From assembly GCA_965248925.1 (NCBI GenBank), contig CBDFLE010000006.1:448001-512000 (forward strand): a DNA stretch of 64,000 bases, written 5' to 3'. Below the pieces are notes generated by a model. That model saw only the letters and a program-made list of their open reading frames with translations, was not told the origin of the DNA and made no database searches. Shown piece after piece: positions 39,021 to 49,351 of this stretch (the stretch's first letter is position 1; every line of letters begins with the position of its first letter). The DNA is from Candidatus Multivoradales bacterium. Its GTDB lineage: Bacteria; Acidobacteriota; Thermoanaerobaculia; Multivoradales; J023. A program made the translations under genes and the position numbers.

Positions 39021-39340
39021 GATGCTCTCTCCTCTCGGTCTGTCTAACCAGCCCAGGCCGCCAACTGGCAACCAGTCCGGTCTGTTGCAGGGAGCCACAC
39101 CAGGGCTCACCAGCTTTCAGAATTGGGAGGAGTAAGTACCTCGGGATCGCCGAGGAAGTCAACGGAGGGGCTGACCTACTGATTCCCAGACCCAACCGGC
39201 CCGGAATCCGACGTCAGGCTATTTCAGGGAGGTGCATCAAGTTGCGGTCGCAGAGGACCCAATATGGACCCAAGTAGCCGTTTTGGGTCATATTACGGAT
39301 TGAGGTAAAATCCGTAAACTCTGATTCTAAAGAGGAAATC

Positions 39341-39388
39341 TGGAGCCGATGAGCGGATTTGAACCGCTGACCTGCTGATTACGAATCA
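39341..39388 (-). other. 3' half of tRNA-Thr(CGT), attachment-site duplication
   Basis: Minus strand TGATTCGTAATCAGCAGGTCAGCGGTTCAAATCCGCTCATCGGCTCCA (anticodon CGT, T-arm, CCA); D-arm/5' acceptor absent; next to integrase. Confidence 0.88.
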
Positions 39389-39495
39389 CAGATTCGATGT
39401 TTCGTCACAGCACTACATGTCGCCTTAAGTGTTGCGATTCAAACAGTTAACTGGCATACTTCGTCTCATGGATTGCGACCAAATACCCCTGAGTT

Positions 39496-39524
39496 TGGTT
39501 ACTTCTGGTTACTCAGTGGTTACT
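39496..39524. repeat. 3 x TGGTTACT, putative integrase arm-type sites
   Basis: Direct repeats at 39496, 39506, 39517 between att and int start. Confidence 0.6.
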
Positions 39525-39541
39525 TGACGGAGAGGTCTGGC

Positions 39542-40705
39542 ATGAGGCTCACCAAGCGCGGGATCGACGCTGCTGACTACGAGGGCGGGACCGACTACCG
39601 CTGGGATGATGTTGTCTCTGGATTCGGGATGCGGCTCTACCCGAGTGGCAAGAAGGCTTTCGTGGTGGCCTATCGGGTGCTCGGTCGCAAGCGGATCATG
39701 GTGCTTGGTCGCTATGGAGTGCTGACGCTCGATCAGGCGAGAACGCGGGCGCGCAAGGTGCTGGCGCAAGCTTCCGAGGGTCTGGACCCGAGCAGAGACC
39801 GCCAGGCTCTCCTCAAGGCGCCAACGGTGGTCGATCTCGCCACCCGCTTCCTGGCCGATCATGGCCCGAAGAAGAAGGCGAGCAGCATCAGGAATGATCA
39901 GCGGATGTGGAAGCAGAACATTCTTCCCCGCCTTGGTCAGCGGAAGGTCGTCGATGTCACGCGGTCGGATATCGACCGTCTGCACTCTCAGATGCGGAAG
40001 ACCCCTTACGCCGCCAACCGGGTCCTCGCGCTCCTCTCCAAGGCTTTCAATCTCGCCGAGGTCTGGGGCTGGCGGCCAGCTCCCTCGAACCCCTGTCGTC
40101 ACGTCAAGCCGTACAAAGAAGAGAAGCGGGAGCGGTACCTCAGCCCGGCCGAGATCTCCCGGCTCGGTGTCGTTCTCGAAGAAGTCGAGCACGAGCGGGT
40201 CGAACTCCCCGGCGTGGCCACCGCCATCCGTCTCCTCCTCCTCACCGGCTGTCGTCTGAACGAGATCCTCTCGCTTCGGTGGCAGGATGTGGACTTCGAG
40301 AGTGGCTGCCTTCGTCTCGCCGACAGCAAGACCGGGAAGCGCCTGGTGCTTCTCAGTGGCGGAGCCCTGGAGCTGCTCGCGGCCACAGAGCGAGTCGAAG
40401 GGAACCCCTACGTCGTTCCGGGGAAACGAGAGGGCCAGCACCTGGTCAATCTCTCCAAGCCCTGGCGGCGTATCCGCGAGCGGGCTGGCTTCGACGATGT
40501 GAGGCTCCATGATCTGCGGCACACCTTCGGGAGCTTCGGCGCCGGCGCCGGCCTCTCTCTGCCGCTCATCGGCAAGATGCTCGGGCACAGCCAGCCGGCG
40601 ACCACGGCTCGATACGCTCACCTGGCGAACGATCCTCTTCGCCGGGCGGTGGAACTCGTTGGTTCTGAGATCTCCACGGCACTGACCGGCGACTTGCCGG
40701 AATAG
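39542..40705 (+). CDS. int: tyrosine integrase with arm-binding domain
   Basis: LTKRGID, GFGMRLYPSGKK; TGCR, DSKTG, HDLRH, LGH, RY catalytic residues. Confidence 0.95.
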   Translation: MRLTKRGIDAADYEGGTDYRWDDVVSGFGMRLYPSGKKAFVVAYRVLGRKRIMVLGRYGVLTLDQARTRARKVLAQASEGLDPSRDRQALLKAPTVVDLATRFLADHGPKKKASSIRNDQRMWKQNILPRLGQRKVVDVTRSDIDRLHSQMRKTPYAANRVLALLSKAFNLAEVWGWRPAPSNPCRHVKPYKEEKRERYLSPAEISRLGVVLEEVEHERVELPGVATAIRLLLLTGCRLNEILSLRWQDVDFESGCLRLADSKTGKRLVLLSGGALELLAATERVEGNPYVVPGKREGQHLVNLSKPWRRIRERAGFDDVRLHDLRHTFGSFGAGAGLSLPLIGKMLGHSQPATTARYAHLANDPLRRAVELVGSEISTALTGDLPE

Positions 40706-40950
40706 CCGCCTCTCTTCAAAGCCGCCGGCTCTTCCTCCCCACTTTCCGATAGCGCTCAAGCTGAGCCACTTCTTCTTCAAAACTCGCCTTCGTAGATCAG
40801 CAGGTCGATTCTTCGCTTTCGGAGTCTCGATCGAACGTCCTCGGCCTGCCAAGAAGTCCGAGTTGTGGGATGTCCCCGCACTTCATTCAGTCTTTGATTT
40901 CTGGGGCAAACTCCAGCTGAGACCAGCCAAGATTGCCGAAGGGAGAATCC

Positions 40951-43053
40951 ATGCATGAATCTCGTACATACATTCGGTCAGCCATCTCTCTTCTAATCAT
41001 TGCAGTCGTCACTTCACCGACATTGCATGCCGACCAAGAGACTGTCGTAAGGGGTAAGCAGCTTTGGAAGCACTACAGAATGGCGCTCTCAAAACCGGAG
41101 TTGGGACCCTCTCAGATGCTGCATGTAGCGGAACTACTAGAAGCTCCTCTCAATCAGTATGAGACTGCCGCGACGCTTTACTATTCACTCCGAAATAACG
41201 AGGAATCGTCCCAAGAAACAGCTCGTCGAGCAGGAGAAGGGTATAAAAGATGTCTTCAGGGAATATTCAACTCTATCGAGAGCCACAAGTACTCCCTTCG
41301 AGCATTCGTCAAGCAAGGCACGCCCTTCTTCGCTCAGCGAGACGAGAAGAGCATTGGGAAGACAAGAAAGGATGTGGGATTCACGGTTCTTGGCTTCGCT
41401 GGAGGCTTCTGCCATGTCGAGCTGCCCGAAGAGCTTAAAGGTGAAGTCTTCCCGTTCCTGCCCGCGCCTCCACCGAGCAAGCATGAGGACTCCATCATCG
41501 GAGATATCCTCAAGAGAAATCCGACCCTTGCTCCGACTGAAGAAGTACGTGGTTGGATCAAGCTCAAAGGCATTCAAGAAGTACGAGCGGTCGCAAGCGA
41601 TCCCCTCAAGCACTACCCTAAGCTCAATGCGTACCGCGACTTCATAAGGCGTCCAGAGATTGATGCCTATAGAGAAGAAGTAAGGGCTCGACTGGATGAC
41701 CTGGAATTCCAGAAGGCTTCGGAGTTGACCTATCACTCTCTCGAGGCTCTCGATGCATACCTGAACGACTATCCAACTGGACGGCACGTTGACGCAGCGA
41801 GAATAAAGCGGGAGGAGGTATTTTGGCAGAGTTCTACAGGCGGATCTCGACCTTGGGAAGAGTACTTGGAAGAATATCCCAATGGTCGATACGCTCAGGA
41901 GGCGTTGAGGAGAATTGAGGTTAGAGACTTCGCTGTTGCTCGCGAAGATGGGACGGAAGACTCCCTTCAGAAGTTTCTGACTCTTCATCCTGACGGTGCT
42001 CACTCGCAAGAAGGAAGGATAGAGCTTGAGAGGATTCGCTTCGAGTCTGCAATCGACGATGGAAGCAAACGCTCCCTCCAAGGGTTTCTTGATCAATATC
42101 CATCTAGCTCCCGCGCGAATCAAGTTCGAGCTGCGCTTCGCGAGCGTTCCGCGGCAGACGCACTCGCTGTTTCCTCCAGTCATGACGACCTAAGGCGCAT
42201 TGCGAGAATCTATGCTGACACAAGAGCGGGCGACACCGCTTGGCGGAAAATAGAAGCAGAAGACTACCGAAAAGCTAGGCAATCTGAAGGCTTCGATGCT
42301 CTCATGGATTTCGCTAATCGTTATTCTGGAGACTCAAGAGCGTCAACGCACGTAAGTTGGGCAAGGACAAGGGCCAGGTACATCGAAGTGCTTCATTCTG
42401 ACTCCTACGAAGAACTTCGTTCATTCTGGAGACAATATTCGGTCGAGCGCTCTATCCTCTCTGACGACGAGGAGCGCCGATTGGCGGGCTTGCTCCTCTC
42501 AGAGGCCAAATCAAGAAACGACTTTGATGCATTAGTTTCGATTTTCGACGACTACCGAACAGCAAGCATCTTGGACGATCTTAAGAAACTCGTCCAGTCG
42601 AAGCATCAAGAAGCAGCTCTCGTTTCGCGGATGCCGACTTCGTTTTTTAGACTTGGTTCGGGAAAGATGGGTACAGAATACAGTGGCGCCGCCATTTCCT
42701 TGCTGCTCAACCAGACAAAGACGGCAAAGCCCAAGGTCTCTCTACCAGTACGATCGGCAGCTCAGCATGGCACGTACTATGTCGAAGCAGTTATCACGGT
42801 GAAACTTACTTTTCGGAAGGAATATTCTGGCCTACTGGCCCGAGATCGAATTGAATACGAAACAAAAACAGTGACCACTGGCGCTAGCGTTGTACTCGGT
42901 CCAGGTGGATCGGGGACCTTTCATTTCGAACTACCCAAGGTGACTGGATTCGACGAGACTGGTGCCAAGATCGTCGCCAAGGTAGTGACAAGGTTCGTCG
43001 AAGATGACTCAAAGATCGAATCGGTGGAATTTACTAAGGCGTCGTTACGGTGA
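40951..43053 (+). CDS. secreted protein with tandem helical 'YL..YP.G' repeats
   Basis: Signal peptide; YLNDYPTGRH, YLEEYPNGRY, FLTLHPDGAH, FLDQYPSS, FANRYSGD. Confidence 0.75.
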   Translation: MHESRTYIRSAISLLIIAVVTSPTLHADQETVVRGKQLWKHYRMALSKPELGPSQMLHVAELLEAPLNQYETAATLYYSLRNNEESSQETARRAGEGYKRCLQGIFNSIESHKYSLRAFVKQGTPFFAQRDEKSIGKTRKDVGFTVLGFAGGFCHVELPEELKGEVFPFLPAPPPSKHEDSIIGDILKRNPTLAPTEEVRGWIKLKGIQEVRAVASDPLKHYPKLNAYRDFIRRPEIDAYREEVRARLDDLEFQKASELTYHSLEALDAYLNDYPTGRHVDAARIKREEVFWQSSTGGSRPWEEYLEEYPNGRYAQEALRRIEVRDFAVAREDGTEDSLQKFLTLHPDGAHSQEGRIELERIRFESAIDDGSKRSLQGFLDQYPSSSRANQVRAALRERSAADALAVSSSHDDLRRIARIYADTRAGDTAWRKIEAEDYRKARQSEGFDALMDFANRYSGDSRASTHVSWARTRARYIEVLHSDSYEELRSFWRQYSVERSILSDDEERRLAGLLLSEAKSRNDFDALVSIFDDYRTASILDDLKKLVQSKHQEAALVSRMPTSFFRLGSGKMGTEYSGAAISLLLNQTKTAKPKVSLPVRSAAQHGTYYVEAVITVKLTFRKEYSGLLARDRIEYETKTVTTGASVVLGPGGSGTFHFELPKVTGFDETGAKIVAKVVTRFVEDDSKIESVEFTKASLR

Positions 43054-43417
43054 GAGTGCCCTCATCAACTCAGTGAGTCTAGGCGGATGGATGCCATGTT
43101 TCTCACTTTCCGATCCTCATCTTTGGCAAGAGGCAGCAACAGCAGCCGGCACTTCTTGGCATCAGTACCAGGTACAGCGCCAACAGCAGCCAGCCGAACT
43201 TTCGGGGAAGTATCGGTCAGCAACCTGGCTACTGATTTTGGAAAAAGATCTACAGCTACGCTGTTTTTAACAGCAGACTGGCGAACACTGGGGGCAGTGT
43301 CCCCGAAGAGTTGTTTCATGATTTCAGGAAATAGAAGAGGTATTTCAGGATTCCTAGCCAAGCCAGACCTCACCGCCTTATCTGTATCGGAGTGAGCAGC
43401 GCGTATCCAGTCAGGGT

Positions 43418-44690
43418 CACTGCTGTCCCGTTAACTTCGCAGAAAAATAGGCTCAAACCTCCCTGGTCTTGATAGAATCAGTCATCGCTAAACGGCTGAA
43501 TCAAAGGGAGATCTGAGCCTTGGCACATCATAGCACCGTCTTCGCCCAGCTACTGCAACTGATTTCGAGACATGAATTCGAGGCCCTCGCAAAACGCCAC
43601 CACGCCGGTCGCCAGTTCCGCACTGCGAGCCGCTGGTCGCAGCTGGTGGCTCTGATGATGGCCCAGCTGTCCGGGCGTTCTAGCTTGCGCGACATCGTTG
43701 ACAATCTACGAGCGCAGCGGCACAAGCTCTACCATCTCGGCTGCCGAGTCCTGTCGCGATCTAACTTGGCACGGATCAACGAAGAGAAGCCCTATCTCCT
43801 TTTTGAAGAGCTATTTGGGAGACTTCTGGGGCATGCTCAGGCAGTGGCGCCCAAGCATACGTTCCGGTTCAAGAACCGCTTGTTCTCGCTTGACGCCTCG
43901 GTGATAGACCTCTGTCTGTCGATATTCCCATGGGCGAAGTTTCGTACGACCAAGGGAGCGATCAAGCTGCATGTGGGGTTGGATCACGGTGGCTACTTGC
44001 CTGCCTTCGTTGCGATCTCGGATGGAAAAACAGGTGACATCGCGGGCTGCAAGAGCCTGACGCTGCCACGAGGAAGCATCGTAGCTTGTGATCGTGGTTA
44101 CAACAGCTACAGCTGGTTTCGTCAGCTGAGCGAGAAGGGTCTTTTCTTTGTGACCCGTCTGAAGCGCGGGGCCAAGTACCGCGTGACCGAACGTCGAAGA
44201 GTCAATCGTTCCAAGGGTTTGATGAGCGACCAAACGATCGAATGGACCGGTGTGAAGGCGTGTCGTGACTGCCCGATGCCTCTGCGGAGAGTAGGCTATC
44301 GCGACCCTGAGACCGGCAAGATCTACTATTTCTTGACGAACCTGTTCCGCCTGTCACCTCAGACCATTGCCGATATCTACCACGAACGTTGGCAAATTGA
44401 ACTCTTCTTCAAGTGGATCAAGCAGAATCTGAAGATCAAGACTTTCGTCGGCACCAGCCGCAACGCCGTGCTGACTCAGCTTTGGATCGCCATGTGCGTC
44501 TACCTATTGCTCGCTTTCATCAAGCACAAGCACCGTCTTTCCAGTAGTTTACGGGAGGCCTTGCGCCTCCTTCAATTGAACCTCTTTGAGCGCCGCGACC
44601 TCATGGCCCTCTTGAAACGAGAGCCGCCGCCGATCCCAGGACTAGACGAAAGACAACTGGTAATCGTCGGAAGTTAACGGGACAGCAGTG
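43418..44690 (+). mobile_element. IS4 family insertion sequence
   Basis: Perfect 21-bp IRs CACTGCTGTCCCGTTAACTTC; 9-bp TSD AGTCAGGGT at 43409 and 44691. Confidence 0.95.
43520..44677 (+). CDS. IS4 family transposase
   Basis: SLRDI, LDASVIDL, KLHVGLD, DRGY, Y.ERWQIELFFKWIKQNL. Confidence 0.95.
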   Translation: MAHHSTVFAQLLQLISRHEFEALAKRHHAGRQFRTASRWSQLVALMMAQLSGRSSLRDIVDNLRAQRHKLYHLGCRVLSRSNLARINEEKPYLLFEELFGRLLGHAQAVAPKHTFRFKNRLFSLDASVIDLCLSIFPWAKFRTTKGAIKLHVGLDHGGYLPAFVAISDGKTGDIAGCKSLTLPRGSIVACDRGYNSYSWFRQLSEKGLFFVTRLKRGAKYRVTERRRVNRSKGLMSDQTIEWTGVKACRDCPMPLRRVGYRDPETGKIYYFLTNLFRLSPQTIADIYHERWQIELFFKWIKQNLKIKTFVGTSRNAVLTQLWIAMCVYLLLAFIKHKHRLSSSLREALRLLQLNLFERRDLMALLKREPPPIPGLDERQLVIVGS

Positions 44691-45398
44691 AGTCAGGGTA
44701 CAGGCGTGCTACGGCCGGATTCTCGGCGAGAGCCATGCGAATGCGTGGGTCACGATCGTCTTTAAGCATTCGGAACTCAATTGGAAAGAAATAGGGAATG
44801 ACTCTGTTTTTGGCAAGCGCCTGTCGAACTTCTGGACTAGGATCCCTCATCATCTTGTCTACATACGGTTTCCATCCTGAGCCGAATCCGAAGAACACTT
44901 GTTGACAGGCGGCAGCTCGAACTGTGGGCTCCGGATCGTCCAGAAGCCGCGAACAGTGCGGGTGGAATGATGGTGCCGATCTTGCGGCTGTCGCCCGAAC
45001 GACCGGATTGGAGTCAAGATAGAACTGATCCATCAGACGTGGGAAGATGGAATGCCACTCGTACCAGGCAACCTGATGGATTGCCTCCAGCTTGTCGGGT
45101 GGAGCCATACCACTGTAGCGAGATGTAAGTGCGTCTTCAAGGCGTTCTTGGTCGTGGTCTCCGAGATTCATCGCGAACATGAGCACCACAGATAGCCCGT
45201 CGCCTTCATCCAGTCGCTGCATTAGAGATTCAGGAGTGTCGCTTAGTAGAGATTCGTCCACTTCCTCTTGGAGGTTTGCCAAAGAGACGTGAAATTCCGG
45301 CTCGTGCTCTTCCGGAAGGAACACTGGTTCAGGGGTGGTTTCTTGCATTTGGCTAGTGAAAAATCTCACAATTATATCATGATTGACAGCTGAAAGAA

Positions 45399-46706
45399 AT
45401 GGAAAATCCCTGGCTCATCCTCGTCGGCCTGGTCGCCACCTTCCTCGGGTTCTCGAACCTGGAGAATGCGAGGCGTGGATTGATTTTCCGGCCGATGACC
45501 ATCTTCTGGTCACTCGTCGCGGGCTATTTCTGCTACCGCAACTTCCTCGATCTCTACCACGCTGGCGATCTCTACGTCTTGGCAGGGTTCGGTCTGTTGT
45601 TCGCGGCAGTGAGCCCGATCCTCGGCTGGCTCTGGTGGGGTCACGATGGCCAGATCCGCAAACGACTCTTCAGGACTTTTCTATTTCTTGTCCTCACCGC
45701 TGTTGGTTTCGTGGTGTGGCCGCTCTTCCCCGGAGTCGAAGCTGGAACCATCGTGGCAGGCCTTTCGTTGCTCACCGCCAGTCTCCCGTTTCTGGGGATG
45801 CGCAAGCGGCTGCGACTAGCCCGCTGGCAAGCACGGTCACGGCGAGATCGGCGCAGGGAGCGGCAAGAAGCCCGAAGACAGGAGCTTCGGGTTCAACAGC
45901 AGGACCAAGCGGTCGTCCGCGATCAAAACCGGACGGCCCAGTTGGAACGAGATCTGGAGTCGAGAGATCTGAGGATCGCCAAGCTAAAGAGCGGTGAGAA
46001 GAAACGTATCGCTGACCTCGCTCGCCAAAGGAAGGAAATCGCCGAGCAGATCCGCTTACTTCGGGAAGAGGAAGTAGGGCGAATCCGTCAGGGAAGTGGA
46101 AGTCTGCGTTTCCATCCCCACCACGGCTTTCTGATGGCAGAAGCGTGGCGGGTCCTTCGAGCCCAGATCGCTCGTGGCGATCGAATTCCTGCTGCCGAGC
46201 ACGATGCCTTTTTCTTCCAGGTGGTTGAGGAGCTGCTGGGGCCGAACGATTTCGAGGATCGGTACTTCCATACAAAGGGCAGAGCCGCCATTGGTGCGGT
46301 CAATCGGTATCTGGGAGGGCGAGATGCCTTGTCAACCGTTCGGAGTGCCGTCGCCCAGCTGCAACTCGACCCTGACCTCTTGGCGCCAGAACCACTCCCA
46401 GCCTACGACGGCCATGCTCTCCTAGAAGCCTGGCTGGTTCCGCATCGCCGATTCCAGCATCGTCTCTGGGAGGATTTTCAGGGAGGACTCCACCCCCAGC
46501 AGGAGGCAGTCATTCGATACCTCCGCAACCAGAATCTCGGCCTTCCGTCACCAGAGGAGTGGAGGAAACTCTGGGATGAGAATCCGCGGATCTTCGCCGC
46601 CAGCATCGACCCAGGATCGACCCCTACCCCAATTGCCATCGATGGAGCACAGCGGTTATGGAGAAGAGTGGTTTCGAGTATCTGGAACAACGCCAAGGTC
46701 AGATAG
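45399..46706 (+). CDS. membrane protein (about 5 TM) with coiled coil, upstream of T4CP
   Basis: Hydrophobic N-terminal third, Arg/Glu-rich coil. Confidence 0.7.
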   Translation: MENPWLILVGLVATFLGFSNLENARRGLIFRPMTIFWSLVAGYFCYRNFLDLYHAGDLYVLAGFGLLFAAVSPILGWLWWGHDGQIRKRLFRTFLFLVLTAVGFVVWPLFPGVEAGTIVAGLSLLTASLPFLGMRKRLRLARWQARSRRDRRRERQEARRQELRVQQQDQAVVRDQNRTAQLERDLESRDLRIAKLKSGEKKRIADLARQRKEIAEQIRLLREEEVGRIRQGSGSLRFHPHHGFLMAEAWRVLRAQIARGDRIPAAEHDAFFFQVVEELLGPNDFEDRYFHTKGRAAIGAVNRYLGGRDALSTVRSAVAQLQLDPDLLAPEPLPAYDGHALLEAWLVPHRRFQHRLWEDFQGGLHPQQEAVIRYLRNQNLGLPSPEEWRKLWDENPRIFAASIDPGSTPTPIAIDGAQRLWRRVVSSIWNNAKVR

Positions 46707-48586
46707 ACCACGGCGTCCTGGCGGGGCTTGATGAACAGCGAAGGGCCGTCCTCCTGACGGAATCAGATCGCTCCGTCCACACCTACATCTGCGGTGTCTC
46801 CGGATCGGGCAAGAGCCGGTTCCTTCAGAATCTGCTCTTCCAGGACATCAGCAAGGGCCACCCTGTCTGCCTCATCGATCCGATGGGAGATCTCTACCGA
46901 GCATCGTTGGACTTCATCGCCGCTGGGCTTGATCGGGCCAGCGATCACGGATTCCAGCGCCGCGAACTGCTCCAGCGCTACCTCTTCCTGGACGGGACTG
47001 ATGACGACAATCCCCTGCGGATCAATCCGCTGGAACCACACGCCAACGAGAGCAGTGAGCAGCAAGTCGATGACCTCATGCGTGCTCTCGAACGACTTCT
47101 GGGTGGCAACCTCGAAGACCAGCGACGCCTTCGCAACGTCCTTCGAGCCGCCTTCATGATGCTGGCAGAACTCAACCGCCTTCCTCGGGAGGATCGACCT
47201 TCCCTCCCTGGGCTGACAGCAGAGAACTTCCCTCTTCAAATCTCCCACGCTGCCGACCTCCTCAAGATGCCGGATCAACACCGGAAGGTGCTGCTCGATG
47301 CTCTCCCAAAAACGGCGCGGATGCACTTCCACCAGCAGTATTGGGAGTTCCTGGCGCTCAATAGCCAGCGCGACAAGAACCAGCTCATTCAGTCGAGCTG
47401 GAATGTCTTGCAGTACCTTCTCGCCGACGATCTCGTGCTCCGCGTGTTCGACACCAAGCACAGCACCTTCCAACCGAGTGAGGTGCTCCGACAGGGCCAG
47501 AGCCTCTTCTGCTTTCTGCCCAAGAACGAGAACCTGGCGGGCGCTCGATTCCTCGGTAAGTTCCTGACCACCAAGCTCCAGCATGCAGCCTATCGCCGAC
47601 CGGAAGCGGAGTGGAGCCGTCCCTGCTATCTCTACCTCGACGAGTTCCATCAGTTCGTCGATCAGCCATTCGCGGACGCCATGACCAATCTGCGGAAATT
47701 CGGGGTGCGGGTGACCAATGCCCACCAGTCGCAATCCCAGCCGCCATTCGACACGCCGGAGGGGCAATCCCTGCTGCGGACGATCACTGCGAATTCGCGG
47801 GTCAAGGTCTTGTTCCGGCTGGACCGACCCGATGCTGAGCGCATGAGTCGGGAGCTGTTCTCACTCAGCCAGCGGCGACCGAACTTCACTGCTATTGACG
47901 TGACAGTTGGCAAGAATGAGCAGCAGACTTCCAGTGTTGCTCGGTCCTCCGGTCAGACAACCGGGACCGGGCACAGCTCAATGACGTCTCTCGCCTCGGG
48001 GTCCAGCAGCGGGTCGGCCAGTCGGGAGCAAAGCGCTGGGAGCGATCTGGGGAGCGCATCCAGTTCGACCAGCAACACCGTTCGCCGTGATCAAGGCGAG
48101 TCTCGCCAGAGTTCCCATTCGACGGGTGAGCAAACCACCGATGGTCAGTCCCATGGAAAGTCTCGATCGGCCACCCTGCGAGACGTTCACTACACCCTGG
48201 ATGGGGAGCGGGAGCTGCTCATCAACGCCTTGCAGCGTCTGGGAGATCGTCAGTGTCTGCTCTCTACCGTCGCGCTCGAAGCCCGCCTCGTCGAGACGCC
48301 GTACGTCCCGGATTCCTTCTACGCCTACGTCGTCGAGAACCTGCCGGCGGTTCTCCTGGCGATGCAGCGGGATCGACTTTTCAGGTCGGGAGAGCAGGTG
48401 GTGCGTCTCGAACCGGTCCGGCTCTTGCCTGCCGCACCTCCAGCAGTTGCACTCGATCAGGAAGTGATCGATGTTGAACCTGTCGAGCGGGATGGAGAGG
48501 TGGTTTTGCCAGCGAAGGAAGCAGACGAGCGGGAGGTCATCGTCGTCAGGCCCGCGCAGGATGATGACGATCCGTTTTTGGATTGA
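46658..48586 (+). CDS. type IV coupling protein, TraD/TrwB-like ATPase
   Basis: HTYICGVSGSGKS, IDPMGD, INPL, YLYLDEFH, LRKFG..AHQ; Ser/Thr-rich insert. Confidence 0.85.
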   Translation: MEKSGFEYLEQRQGQIDHGVLAGLDEQRRAVLLTESDRSVHTYICGVSGSGKSRFLQNLLFQDISKGHPVCLIDPMGDLYRASLDFIAAGLDRASDHGFQRRELLQRYLFLDGTDDDNPLRINPLEPHANESSEQQVDDLMRALERLLGGNLEDQRRLRNVLRAAFMMLAELNRLPREDRPSLPGLTAENFPLQISHAADLLKMPDQHRKVLLDALPKTARMHFHQQYWEFLALNSQRDKNQLIQSSWNVLQYLLADDLVLRVFDTKHSTFQPSEVLRQGQSLFCFLPKNENLAGARFLGKFLTTKLQHAAYRRPEAEWSRPCYLYLDEFHQFVDQPFADAMTNLRKFGVRVTNAHQSQSQPPFDTPEGQSLLRTITANSRVKVLFRLDRPDAERMSRELFSLSQRRPNFTAIDVTVGKNEQQTSSVARSSGQTTGTGHSSMTSLASGSSSGSASREQSAGSDLGSASSSTSNTVRRDQGESRQSSHSTGEQTTDGQSHGKSRSATLRDVHYTLDGERELLINALQRLGDRQCLLSTVALEARLVETPYVPDSFYAYVVENLPAVLLAMQRDRLFRSGEQVVRLEPVRLLPAAPPAVALDQEVIDVEPVERDGEVVLPAKEADEREVIVVRPAQDDDDPFLD

Positions 48587-48652
48587 TAGGATTCCCACAA
48601 CTTGGATCGCTCATTTTGCCTTGCCTCCATATCGCTTCAATGATATAATGCT

Positions 48653-49318
48653 ATGAACTCTCATCCCCACCTCATGCACCAATCAATCTCCCGTGAGCGA
48701 CGCCTCGTCTTCCAGGAAGTTCCCCGTTCAGAGGAGCAACTCCCGCAGCAGCAGTCTCAGCTTCCCGAGCAAAAAGAGCAGCTTGCAGCCCGATATGGTC
48801 CCCGGTTGCAAGAGGCTATCGACAAGCTGTTGCCCCGCGATGAAGGTCAGCTGAAGGAGTGGAGAGAGCGGACCCATGAGCCGTTCACGTACGATGGTAA
48901 GACGTACCAGATCAAGTTCCTCGACAAGGAGGCTGGCGAAGGGAAAAGGCTCATCGGACTGAATCTTTCCACCGACCATGAGGTTCGCATCCAGAACCAA
49001 AATAGGAGCATAAATATAGTGGTCTCGCGTGATCATTTCATGAAGTCCTTGCTCAACGAGCAGATCTCGATCTACCGAATCGACAGGAATGCCCCAGAAC
49101 GTTCTGGAGGGAGCGACCCCTCGCTCTATCAGGTCGTCTTCGACCCCCTGAAGATCACCGTAGAGTTCGATACGAAAAGTGGCGAACTGTTCGGCGATAC
49201 CAGAGGGAAATCATCGACCGCTGCCGAACTCCAGCAAGTCTTGGCCTTTGTCGAGACAGAGCTACCGAAGATCACTTTGGCGGCGAAGGTTGAGGGAACT
49301 TCGAAGGAAGATCTCTAG
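48653..49318 (+). CDS. hypothetical protein
   Basis: 221-aa ORF; TATAAT directly before start, no RBS. Confidence 0.65.
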   Translation: MNSHPHLMHQSISRERRLVFQEVPRSEEQLPQQQSQLPEQKEQLAARYGPRLQEAIDKLLPRDEGQLKEWRERTHEPFTYDGKTYQIKFLDKEAGEGKRLIGLNLSTDHEVRIQNQNRSINIVVSRDHFMKSLLNEQISIYRIDRNAPERSGGSDPSLYQVVFDPLKITVEFDTKSGELFGDTRGKSSTAAELQQVLAFVETELPKITLAAKVEGTSKEDL

Positions 49319-49351
49319 GACGATGAACCTGCACCGAGGAAATGAGGTTCG

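Larger units (their letters stand above)
43065..45369 (-). pseudogene. HEAT-repeat protein gene interrupted by IS4
   Basis: Removing the IS and one TSD copy gives in-frame RLYPD-WIRAAHSDTDKAVRSGLARNP; D.(S/N)P.VR repeats in both halves. Confidence 0.85.

Noticed and set aside
39341-39420. Complete tRNA-Thr gene
   Set aside because: No D-arm or 5' acceptor strand GCCGATG at the right distance; only the 3' half is present
39509-40852. Long antisense ORFs (also 708-1640, 16877-17977, 20907-22094, 21955-23271, 46763-47767)
   Set aside because: Shadows of real genes in high-GC DNA with no recognisable motifs
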